IMG/VR virus record: IMGVR_UViG_3300045988_092303
Length of the DNA stretch: 64,000 nucleotides
Source of the DNA: a virus
Strand: one strand, 5' to 3'
Made by a program: the position numbers and the translations under genes. Below are positions 52,108-60,256 of the stretch, piece after piece (position 1 is the stretch's first letter; the number at the start of each line of letters is the position of its first letter). Below the pieces are notes generated by a model, which worked only from the letters and a program-made list of their open reading frames with translations, made no database searches and was not told the origin of the DNA.

Positions 52108-52724
52108 AAATGGCATTGACAATGAAAGCATTGCAGGAACAGATTGATGTGTTAAAAAAAGAAATGGAAGAGCTGAGAAGTGGACAGAAAGTAGAATGCA
52201 ACAAGAGATTTTCTAAATGTCTTACCATTGGCGACACATTTGAACTGGCAGAAGTTAATTGGAAGATTATTGACATCACAAGTGACGGTTATGTTTGCCT
52301 GGCTGATTCTATCGGTAACATGGAATTTGACTCTAAAAATAATGACTGGAGAACCAGCGATCTTCGGAAGTATTTGAATGAAGAATTTTTGAAAAAGATG
52401 GAATCAGAAATCGGGACAGGTAATCTGATCGAATTTGAAAGAAATCTTCTTTCATTGGACGGTCAGACGGAGTACGGAACATGTGATGATAAAGTGTCAC
52501 TTTTGACAGTGGACGAGTATCGAAAATACAGAAAGTTGATTCCAAATACAGGCGATTGGTTCTGGTTGATTTCTCCGTGGAGTACGCCTTGCAATGATTT
52601 CAAAAGCAGTGTTGTCGTTGTTTCTCCGTCCTGCTTTATCAGCCGCAGCTATTGCTATGACGGCGGCGGTGTTCGCCCATTCTGTATCTTTTCTTCTGCA
52701 ATCTTTGAACCAGAGGAAAAATAA
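52104..52724 (+). CDS. DUF6273-like protein, paralog 2
   Basis: ORF track; ..DWFWLISPWST...VVSP...GVRPFCIFS. Confidence 0.45.
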   Translation: MKMALTMKALQEQIDVLKKEMEELRSGQKVECNKRFSKCLTIGDTFELAEVNWKIIDITSDGYVCLADSIGNMEFDSKNNDWRTSDLRKYLNEEFLKKMESEIGTGNLIEFERNLLSLDGQTEYGTCDDKVSLLTVDEYRKYRKLIPNTGDWFWLISPWSTPCNDFKSSVVVVSPSCFISRSYCYDGGGVRPFCIFSSAIFEPEEK

Positions 52725-52811
52725 ATGGCGGAAACAGAACTGAAAGTAATTCTGAAAGCAAAAGATCTGGCAGAGCATACTTTGCAGGAGGTGATTAGGT
52801 ACGGGAAATAG
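52725..52811 (+). CDS. 28-aa ORF with good SD, out of frame with the downstream endonuclease-like coding region
   Basis: Own translation MAETELKVILKAKDLAEHTLQEVIRYGK; SD GAGGAAAAA. Confidence 0.35.
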   Translation: MAETELKVILKAKDLAEHTLQEVIRYGK

Positions 52812-53265
52812 ATTTAATAAAAAACACGGATTTTCTGACTCAAGGTTATATCGTATATACAACAATATTAAAAGTAGATGTTATAAAATGTATGCGAAAG
52901 AATATGAAAATTATGGTGGAAGAGGAATTGGAATGTGTGATCAATGGCTAGGAGAAAATGGATTTGTAAAATTTTTAGATTGGGCATTGAAAAACGGATA
53001 TTCGGAAGAATTAACTATTGACAGAATTGATAATAATGGAAACTATTGTCCAGAAAATTGTAGATGGGTAACTAGTTTGGTTCAAAACAATAATAGCAGA
53101 CATGCGAAATTTATTGAGTATAACGGAAAGAAAAAAAGCATATCTGAATGGGCTAGAATTATAGGGATTTCCAGAGATTCGTTAGCAAAGAGATTACATA
53201 TGGGATGGAGCATTGATAAGGCATTGAGTACGCCTATTGATAAAAGATATTCAAGAAAATGCTAA
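52795..53265 (+). pseudogene. Homing-endonuclease-like protein, paralog 3; its conserved N-terminal block has no start codon (frameshifted, truncated or recoded)
   Basis: Track ORF 52888-53265. The same frame is open from 52795 and encodes HGFSDSRLYRIYNNIKSRC, homologous to paralog 1 RSANELYGLWKNMLGRC. No ATG/GTG/TTG occurs before 52888. Confidence 0.5.
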
Positions 53266-53317
53266 TGTTATATTCGATGGATTTATATGTAAAAGAATTA
53301 TTGGAGGAAAAGTAATT

Positions 53318-54055
53318 ATGGCAGATACACAGGTAGCAGTAACAGAGGAAAAGAAAGAAGTATCAAGAAATAAAGTGACGGATTACAGTCTTGGAATTTT
53401 TGGAACGTCAGATAACTTCATTATGGCTATGCAGATGGCAAAAGCATTGTCAAGTTCAACGATAGTGCCACAAACGTTCCAGAGAAACGAAGCGAATTGT
53501 CTGATTGCCATTGAGCAGGCACAGAGATTGCACGTAAGTCCGCTTATGGTAATGCAGAATCTCAATGTGATTCAGGGAAGACCGTCATGGAGTTCCAAGT
53601 TTTTGATTGCTGCGATCAATAACAGCGGAAAATTCGATACGGAATTACAGTTCGAGGAGAAGAAGGACAAGGATGGAAAGCCATTTTCTTGCACAGCATG
53701 GGTAATGAAGAATGGTAGAAAAGTTGAAGGAATGACGGTTGACATGGACATGGCGAGAGCAGAGGGATGGCTTGGAAAAAACGGAAGTAAATGGAAAACC
53801 ATGCCACAGCTGATGCTTCGTTACAGAGCGGCATCTTTCTTTTCCAGTCTTAATTGCCCGGAACTGACTATGGGTCTGTACACAAAAGAAGAGATTATTG
53901 ACGGTGATTTCAAAGAATACAAGATTGAAGATGTACAGGAGCAGGCTCATGAAGAGATCGTTCAGAATGCAAATTCTATGGATTTTGAACCGGAAGAAAC
54001 TGCTGGAACAGTGACAGAGCCAGACGGGCAGCAGGCAATGCCGGAGTTTATGTAG
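53318..54055 (+). CDS. recT: RecT-like single-strand annealing protein
   Basis: ORF track; ATG at 53318 after GGAGGAAAAG; ..NCLIAIEQAQRLHVSPLMVMQNLNVIQGRPSWSSKFLIA...SKWKTMPQLMLRYRAASFF. Confidence 0.6.
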   Translation: MADTQVAVTEEKKEVSRNKVTDYSLGIFGTSDNFIMAMQMAKALSSSTIVPQTFQRNEANCLIAIEQAQRLHVSPLMVMQNLNVIQGRPSWSSKFLIAAINNSGKFDTELQFEEKKDKDGKPFSCTAWVMKNGRKVEGMTVDMDMARAEGWLGKNGSKWKTMPQLMLRYRAASFFSSLNCPELTMGLYTKEEIIDGDFKEYKIEDVQEQAHEEIVQNANSMDFEPEETAGTVTEPDGQQAMPEFM

Positions 54056-54148
54056 GAGGGATAGAACGCATCACCACGACTGGATTAAAGTTTGCAAGCA
54101 CCATAAATTGGGATATGAATGCAAAATATGTTGGAGGTTTTGGAGATC

Positions 54149-54403
54149 ATGAATAAAACAGTTCAATTTAATATAAGAGTAACAATGAGCGAAAGATGGG
54201 TTAATAATTTTTGTTCGATGTTGCATTGGATGGAAAGTTGTGGAAAGTTAGGTCATTCGTCCATGATTGAATTTTATTCTGATGGTGATGGAGATTTTAG
54301 ACCTACGTTTGAATTTGATAGAGAATATGAGAAAACAGAAGGCAGATGGAAAACAGCACATAGTCAATTGCCAGATGCCGAAGTGCTTTTTGATGCAGGT
54401 TAA
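54149..54403 (+). CDS. Hypothetical protein
   Basis: ORF track; ATG at 54149 after GGAGG. Confidence 0.5.
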   Translation: MNKTVQFNIRVTMSERWVNNFCSMLHWMESCGKLGHSSMIEFYSDGDGDFRPTFEFDREYEKTEGRWKTAHSQLPDAEVLFDAG

Positions 54404-54420
54404 GACTTGGAGGAGTAGTT

Positions 54421-54696
54421 ATGAGAGTAATTTCACAGGATGGAACGGATGATATTCCATATGAAAATTTTACATTTTCGATAACTGTAGATAATTGCAT
54501 AATCGCAAGCAAAAATTTAGCAGCAAGTCCGCAAGAACTTTTTTGCGGAAGAATTGCAGAATATTCGTCCAGAGAAAAAGCACTGAAAGCCATGGAAATG
54601 CTGAGAAAAACATGGTTAGGAGAAAGCGTAGAGTTTGAAAACGGATTTTACCGAAAAAATTGCGTTTTCCAATTTCCGGCAGATGATGAGGTGTAA
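54421..54696 (+). CDS. Hypothetical protein
   Basis: ORF track; SD GGAGGAG. Confidence 0.55.
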   Translation: MRVISQDGTDDIPYENFTFSITVDNCIIASKNLAASPQELFCGRIAEYSSREKALKAMEMLRKTWLGESVEFENGFYRKNCVFQFPADDEV

Positions 54697-54702
54697 ATAC
54701 GA

Positions 54703-55278
54703 ATGGATGAAGAGTGGAAATGGGTAAATGGCTTTTCCGGAATATACCAAATATCGAATTTTGGAAGATTGAAAAGTTTCAAAAGATGCTCCGACGGATA
54801 TATTCTTTCTGAGAGAAATGAAAAAGGAGGGTATTTTAGCGTTGTTCTTCGTGATTCTATTCAAAATAAGAGACGTAGTGTAAGGATTCATGTATTGGTG
54901 GCGGAGACATTTATCGGAGAAATCCCTAAAGGTTACCATGTTCATCATAAAGACGACAACAAACAAAACAATATTGTTACTAATCTTGAAATCATACATC
55001 CAAAGAAACACCGAAAGGAAACGCTAAAGAAACACCCTCAAATAAATGTAGGCATTGCAAATTACAATAGGTTTGAAAAGACGAAACATATTTTACAGTA
55101 TGATTCAGACGGAAATTTTATTGCAGAATATGCAAATGGACGAATTGCGAGTGAACTTACAGGAATTTGTCAAAGAAATATATTGCAAGTGGCAAATGAG
55201 GAAGAATATAAGCCTGGAAAGGTAAGAAAACAAGCTGGAGGTTATGTGTGGAAGTTAAAGGAAAGCGAGGTGATTTAA
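54703..55278 (+). CDS. HNH homing endonuclease (NUMOD4-like N-terminus, HNH_3, C-terminal IENR1-like HTH)
   Basis: ORF track; WKWVNGFSGIYQISNFGRL; HVHHKDDNKQNNIVTNLEIIHPKKH; ILQYDSDGNFIAEY...GGYVWKLK. Confidence 0.85.
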   Translation: MDEEWKWVNGFSGIYQISNFGRLKSFKRCSDGYILSERNEKGGYFSVVLRDSIQNKRRSVRIHVLVAETFIGEIPKGYHVHHKDDNKQNNIVTNLEIIHPKKHRKETLKKHPQINVGIANYNRFEKTKHILQYDSDGNFIAEYANGRIASELTGICQRNILQVANEEEYKPGKVRKQAGGYVWKLKESEVI

Positions 55279-56005
55279 TGCTCAAATTGCTATGCTGCGG
55301 AACTGGAAGTTCGGGAAATTCATATGCGCTTAGGACGAATACAGAAACGCTTCTGCTTGATGCAGGAATGCCGATTAAGGATATCAAGAGAATGTGCGGA
55401 TGGAATATCAGAGACATTTCCGGCTGTGTTGTAACTCATGAGCATGGTTAGGAGACCATAGCAAATCACTGAAAGAATTAGAAGCAATGGGAATACCTGT
55501 ATTTGCTCCGTATAGACATGATACCGGTGTGAAATTCAAAGGCAGATGGAAAATCAGATCATTTGATTTGACCGATTTAAACGGCAAGTGGACTCATACG
55601 AACGGAGATGGCTCCGAATGCCCGTGTTACGGATTTTTGATTCGTCACCCAGAGATGGGGACAATGATTTATGCAACTGACACAGAACTGATTAAGTGGC
55701 GGTTCAAAAATGTAAATCACATTCTACTTGGTGTTAATTATGACCCGGAATTGTTATCCGGTGACGATGCAAAGAAAAACCATGTTATCCGCGGTCATAT
55801 GAGCATTGATACGGCTTGCGACTTTGTAAAAGCCAATGTGTCAGATCAGTTGCAAAACGTGATTATGTGCCATTTATCAAAAGAAAATGCTGATAGTGAT
55901 AGTTTTATCGAGAAGATGAAAAAAGTTGCTTATGGGGCGAATGTAGATGTTGCGGTTGCAGGGAAAAGTTGGGATTTGAAAAATCCTAGTGAGTGTCCGT
56001 TTTAG
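55278..56005 (+). pseudogene. Metallo-beta-lactamase-fold nuclease/hydrolase interrupted by 5 nt inside the HxHxDH motif
   Basis: Track ORFs 55248-55451 and 55487-56005. Sequence CAT GAG CAT GGT TAG GA GAC CAT AGC; omitting 5 nt (55449-55453 or 55447-55451) restores VTHEHGDHSKSLKELEAMGIPVF. Confidence 0.7.
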
Positions 56006-56017
56006 AAAGGAGATTAT

Positions 56018-56173
56018 ATGGCTAAATACAAAGATATTTTAGGAAATATAAGAGAGTGTGAGGATAAAACAATAACAATCAGCCTTGAAAGATACAATAC
56101 TTTGATTATTAAAGAAGCTATTACTGATGGCTTTGTAGAACTCAAGGAAATAGAGGGAAAAAAGAATGATTAA
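56018..56173 (+). CDS. Hypothetical 51-aa protein
   Basis: Own translation MAKYKDILGNIRECEDKTITISLERYN..; SD AAAGGAG. Confidence 0.45.
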   Translation: MAKYKDILGNIRECEDKTITISLERYNTLIIKEAITDGFVELKEIEGKKND

Positions 56174-56320
56174 AGGCAGAAAAGTCTATGACCCATTAAC
56201 TGATACTTGGAGCACAGGTTATTGGGTTGCGGATGATAAAGGGAATTATTACCCAATATGGTAGAAGAATATCCAAATTCAGAATATGAAATGGTGATTA
56301 GAAGAAAGGCGGAATGACTT

Positions 56321-56758
56321 ATCAATAAAGTAATTTTAACAGGTAGATTCGTGAAAGACCCTGACGTTAGATACTCAAACGGAGAGAAAACAACTGCGGT
56401 TGCGAGATTTACTCTGGCAGTAGAACGAAGATTCAAAGGTGATGGAAACCCGACAGCTGATTTTATCAACTGTGTAGCATTCGGAAAATCCGGGGAGTTT
56501 ATCGAAAAATACTTCCGTAAAGGCATGAGGGCTAATATTTGCGGACGGATTCAGACCGGTTCCTATACGAACAAGGACGGGAACAAGGTCTACACCACGG
56601 ATGTTCTGGTGGAAGAAATTGAGTTTGGAGAAAGTAAAAACAGCAATCAGCAGAGTGCAGCTCCGGCTAATCCGAATAATGAAGTTAATCCAATGACAGA
56701 TGAAAATGGTTTCATGAACATACCAGATGGAATTGACGAAGAGTTACCGTTTGCTTGA
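56321..56758 (+). CDS. ssb: Single-stranded DNA-binding protein; probable non-canonical ATC start
   Basis: Track ORF starts at GTG 56351, but the frame is open from 56318 and encodes INKVILTGRF, the normal SSB N-terminus. SD-like AAAGGCGG lies 8 nt before ATC. C-terminal DEELPF tail. Confidence 0.75.
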   Translation: MNKVILTGRFVKDPDVRYSNGEKTTAVARFTLAVERRFKGDGNPTADFINCVAFGKSGEFIEKYFRKGMRANICGRIQTGSYTNKDGNKVYTTDVLVEEIEFGESKNSNQQSAAPANPNNEVNPMTDENGFMNIPDGIDEELPFA

Positions 56759-56774
56759 TAGAGAGGGTGAGAAA

Positions 56775-57467
56775 ATGAAAAAATTTGAACTTACAGCAGA
56801 ATATGTGACCAATATTTTTGGAAAGAAATTATTTAGAATTAAGGCTCTTGTGGAATTTGGAAATGTGAAAGAAGGAGAATTGGGAGGATTCATAGAGAAA
56901 GAATCTAACCTCGCTAATAGCGGTAATGCATGGGTCTACGGTGATGCACAGGTCTGCGGTAATGCACGGGTCTACGGTAATGCATGGGTCTGCGGTAATG
57001 CACGGGTCTACGGTAATGCACGGGTCTACGGTGATGCACAGGTCTACGGTAATGCACGGGTCTACGGTGAAGCACGGGTCTACGGTGAAGCATGGGTCTG
57101 CGGTAATGCACGGGTCTGCGGTAATGCACGGGTCTGCGGTGAAGCACGGGTCTACGGTGAAGCATGGGTCTGCGGTAATGCACGGGTCTACGGTGAAGCA
57201 TGGGTCTGCGGTAATGCACGGGTCTACGGTGATCTGGATTATGCAATTGTTGGAGGTTTTGGAAGTGAGCAGCGGACAACTACATTTTTCCGGCAGAAGG
57301 ACGGAACAGTAGGAGTGAGGTGCGGATGCTTTTACGGAACACTGGAAGAATTCAGGGGAAAAGTTAAGAAAACGCACAAAGACAGCAAATACGGACAGGA
57401 ATACCTGATGATTGCAGATCTGATGGAATTACATTTTGCAGGAGGAAAAGAAGATGATGAACGATAA
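56775..57467 (+). CDS. Hexapeptide-repeat (G-N/E/D-A-R/W/Q-V-Y/C) beta-helix-like protein
   Basis: ORF track; ATG at 56775; about 17 tandem hexapeptides then a globular C-terminus. Confidence 0.6.
   Translation: MKKFELTAEYVTNIFGKKLFRIKALVEFGNVKEGELGGFIEKESNLANSGNAWVYGDAQVCGNARVYGNAWVCGNARVYGNARVYGDAQVYGNARVYGEARVYGEAWVCGNARVCGNARVCGEARVYGEAWVCGNARVYGEAWVCGNARVYGDLDYAIVGGFGSEQRTTTFFRQKDGTVGVRCGCFYGTLEEFRGKVKKTHKDSKYGQEYLMIADLMELHFAGGKEDDER
56922..57227 (+). repeat. 18-bp tandem repeat x17 (GGTAATGCACGGGTCTAC consensus)
   Basis: Read directly. Units differ only at a few positions (AAT/GAT/GAA, CGG/TGG/CAG, TAC/TGC). Confidence 0.9.
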
Positions 57468-57702
57468 TGTGGCAGTTAAAGCGAGCGATGAAGTAAACCT
57501 TGCCGAGGTAGTGGTGAATACAGGAGAGATTCTGACTGTAGTTGAAAACCTTGTGTGTGAGATCGGCAGAAAACTGTATGGATACGATATGACTCAGAAG
57601 AACGATGAACAGGTGAACTGCATGGAGCAGGCACTTGTTAGCAATCGAGAGAGATTAGCCGAAATCCGCAATAAGTTGGAGGTTATCTGCAGGAGGCTGT
57701 GA
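57454..57702 (+). CDS. Hypothetical protein
   Basis: ORF track; ATG at 57454 after AGGAGGA. Confidence 0.55.
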   Translation: MMNDNVAVKASDEVNLAEVVVNTGEILTVVENLVCEIGRKLYGYDMTQKNDEQVNCMEQALVSNRERLAEIRNKLEVICRRL

Positions 57703-57703
57703 T

Positions 57704-57877
57704 ATGGCAATGATTAAGACAAGCCTGAAGGTGTGCCGGAGCTGCAAATACGGCTTATACAATGGCACGAACGGCGGAGTGAGTTGCAGTTATATCTTGA
57801 AAACGTTACATAGCCGAAACTGTCCGGTATGGCAGTGCGACAAATATGAGGCGAAGAGAAGGAAAAGAAAGGAATAA
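57704..57877 (+). CDS. 57-aa Cys-rich basic-tailed protein
   Basis: Own translation MAMIKTSLKVCRSCKYGLYNG..CPVWQCDKYEAKRRKRKE. Confidence 0.45.
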   Translation: MAMIKTSLKVCRSCKYGLYNGTNGGVSCSYILKTLHSRNCPVWQCDKYEAKRRKRKE

Positions 57878-57879
57878 AA

Positions 57880-58413
57880 ATGAGCGATATTATCGAATAT
57901 GCAAAATCTGAACTTGATCGCATTCCGAAAGGCGAAGATGGAATGCAGGAAATGATGAATAACAACATTTTGGAGATTCTTGAAAAATTTGCAGATCAGG
58001 GGCACAGCGGTTTTTCTGCCAGCTACGCGATCAGTGTTCTGGAAAGACTGATGAGGTGGAAACCTATTAGCCCACTGACAGGAGAAGAAGATGAATGGAT
58101 TACGGTATATGGACAAACAAAGCAGAACAAGAGATGCCCTGGTGTATTTCTTAAGCCGGATGGAACGGCATATGACATTGACGGAATCATTGTAAGTGAC
58201 AACGGAGGAATTACTTGGTTTTCAAGCGGACGATTCCGGAAAGAAATCACATTCCCATACATGCCACCTAGCCATCCAGAGAAAGTGTATATCGAGTATA
58301 CGGAGGATGTACCGCCGGGGTTTACAGGCGATAAATACGACATTATCACCGACGATAAAGAACGCATCAGAGCGTTATATGAGAGGAAAAGAAAAGAGTT
58401 TGATGAGGCATAG
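57880..58413 (+). CDS. Hypothetical protein
   Basis: ORF track. Confidence 0.6.
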   Translation: MSDIIEYAKSELDRIPKGEDGMQEMMNNNILEILEKFADQGHSGFSASYAISVLERLMRWKPISPLTGEEDEWITVYGQTKQNKRCPGVFLKPDGTAYDIDGIIVSDNGGITWFSSGRFRKEITFPYMPPSHPEKVYIEYTEDVPPGFTGDKYDIITDDKERIRALYERKRKEFDEA

Positions 58414-58629
58414 AAGTGAAGTAGGCTGGTGCGACAAGTCCCAGCCGAGAAAGAGAAAAAGAAAGGAATAACGAATCCTCGGTAAACCGAGGTTGCGCAA
58501 TGGGTAAAGTAAAACAGAATTGCGCACAAAGCATAGTAAAATGAGTTCCGCGCAAGACCGGATTAAAGTATGCTAAAAAACGCTTGCTGACTATGTTATC
58601 CACGATACATGGATTTGTAACGTGGTGTT

Positions 58630-59376
58630 ATGACAAAAAAGAAACTAAAGGTATGTTGGATAAGTGCAGGAATATCTAGTTTTATGGCTGGATATCTTGC
58701 TGGAGATGTAGACGAATGGATATACATTGACATTGCAGACCAACATCCAGACAGCATGAGATTTATCAAAGATTGCGAAAAGGCTATCGGAAAAGAGATA
58801 AAGATTTTGAAGTCAAGCGAGTACAATTCTGTTGAGGATTGCATAAGAACGGCTGGATTTATTGGAAATTACAGAACAGGAATAAATCCATGTACTAATT
58901 GGCTGAAAAAGCGGATTCGTAAAGAATGGGAAGAACGACACAAAGATTGTGAGATTACTTATGTGTGGGGATTTGACCTTAAGGAAACTGAAAGGGCTGA
59001 AAGAACCATTGAAGCTAATCCACAGGCGCAACATGAATTTCCATTGATTGACAGAGGATTGTCGAAAGAAGAGGTACACGGATTGTTTGAACGGACTTTT
59101 GATTTTGCCCGACCAAAGATGTACGAACTTGGATATGCGAACAATAATTGCGTCGGCTGTGTAAAAGGCGGCATGGGTTATTGGAACCATATCAGAAAGG
59201 ATTTTCCGGAAGTCTTTGAAAGTCGGGCGAAGTTGGAAAGAGAAGTTGGTTATTCAATCCTTAAGGACGGAAAAGGTAATCCGGTATATCTGGATGAACT
59301 TGAACCGAACAGAGGTAACATGAACACAGAGATTTTCCCGGAATGCGGGATCATGTGCTACTTGGCACAGAAATAA
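58630..59376 (+). CDS. PAPS-reductase / PP-loop ATPase-like protein (DndC-like superfamily)
   Basis: ORF track; N-terminal VCWISAGISS PP-loop-like motif; NNCVGCVKGG; directly upstream of two methyltransferases. Confidence 0.5.
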   Translation: MTKKKLKVCWISAGISSFMAGYLAGDVDEWIYIDIADQHPDSMRFIKDCEKAIGKEIKILKSSEYNSVEDCIRTAGFIGNYRTGINPCTNWLKKRIRKEWEERHKDCEITYVWGFDLKETERAERTIEANPQAQHEFPLIDRGLSKEEVHGLFERTFDFARPKMYELGYANNNCVGCVKGGMGYWNHIRKDFPEVFESRAKLEREVGYSILKDGKGNPVYLDELEPNRGNMNTEIFPECGIMCYLAQK

Positions 59377-59431
59377 CAGAAAGGAGCCGGGACCTATCCG
59401 GATAAAAGGCGCGCCGGGTTCCTTTCAAAAA

Positions 59432-60256
59432 ATGAAAACAAAATGTGAGATTTATCGTGATTCGATGCAGAATTACAAAAAATACGGAATACCTAAAGCA
59501 CAGCTTGTTATTGCAGATGTGCCGTATAACCTGGGAAACAATATGTACGGCAGTAACCCTATGTGGTATGTCGGTGGTGACAATAAAAATGGAGAGAGCA
59601 AGCTGGCCGGAAAAGCGGCGTTCAATTCCGACTTCAACTTCAATCTCTATGAGTATTTCCATTTCTGCAGCAAGATGCTGAAAAAAGAGCCAAAGGAAAA
59701 AGGAAAAGCGCCATGCATGATTGTGTTCTGCAGTTTTCAACAAATACCGACCATGCTCAAAGCAGCAGAAAAACACGGATTCAGGAATAGTATACATGTT
59801 ACATTCTGCAAAAATTATTCTGCGCAGGTGCTTAAAGCAAATATGAGGGTAGTGGGAGCTACAGAACATGCGCTTATCCTGTACCGAGACAAGCTGCCAA
59901 AGTTCAACAATAACGGAAAGATGATATTTGACTGGATGCCGTGGGAAAAAGACCCGGATGGCAAGTATCCGAAAATTCATCCAACGCAGAAGCCAGTATG
60001 TCTGCTAAAAAAGCTAATTAAGATTTTTACGGATGAAGGGGATGTGGTAATCGACCCGTGTTGTGGCAGTGGCAGCACACTTCGGGCGGCAATGGAGCTT
60101 GGCAGGCCGTGTTATGGATTCGAGATTGATCGGAATTTCTATGAACGAGCAAAAAATGAAATGCTCGTGGAGAATTACGGCGAGGTTTCCATGCGAGCTG
60201 CAGACAAAAGTACGGGACAGCAGAATATCTTCGATATGTTGGATGGGGTGATGTAA
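59432..60256 (+). CDS. DNA methyltransferase (beta-class N6A/N4C; motif IV DVPY precedes motif I)
   Basis: ORF track; IADVPYN; HPTQKPVCLLKKLI; VIDPCCGSGST. Confidence 0.8.
   Translation: MKTKCEIYRDSMQNYKKYGIPKAQLVIADVPYNLGNNMYGSNPMWYVGGDNKNGESKLAGKAAFNSDFNFNLYEYFHFCSKMLKKEPKEKGKAPCMIVFCSFQQIPTMLKAAEKHGFRNSIHVTFCKNYSAQVLKANMRVVGATEHALILYRDKLPKFNNNGKMIFDWMPWEKDPDGKYPKIHPTQKPVCLLKKLIKIFTDEGDVVIDPCCGSGSTLRAAMELGRPCYGFEIDRNFYERAKNEMLVENYGEVSMRAADKSTGQQNIFDMLDGVM

Noticed and set aside
55449-55451. In-frame TAG as evidence of stop-codon reassignment or a suppressor tRNA
   Set aside because: The downstream part of the gene is in a different frame, so read-through cannot restore it. None of the five tRNAs has a CTA, TCA or TTA anticodon, and other genes end normally on TAG, TAA or TGA.
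56829-57377. Several 120-180-aa ORFs on both strands across the 18-bp repeat array
   Set aside because: The tandem repeat keeps every frame open. Only the frame with an SD and non-repetitive N- and C-terminal domains (56775-57467) is credible.
58425-58471. Fragment encoding ..GWCDKSQPRKRKRKE*, resembling the C-terminus of the 57-aa protein at 57704-57877
   Set aside because: It is probably a short duplicated remnant. There is no start codon or SD for an independent gene, so it was not called as a feature.
59351-59980. 209-aa minus-strand ORF, and the similar 62222-62830 ORF
   Set aside because: They are antisense to the methyltransferase and ASCH genes, which have clear motifs and SDs.
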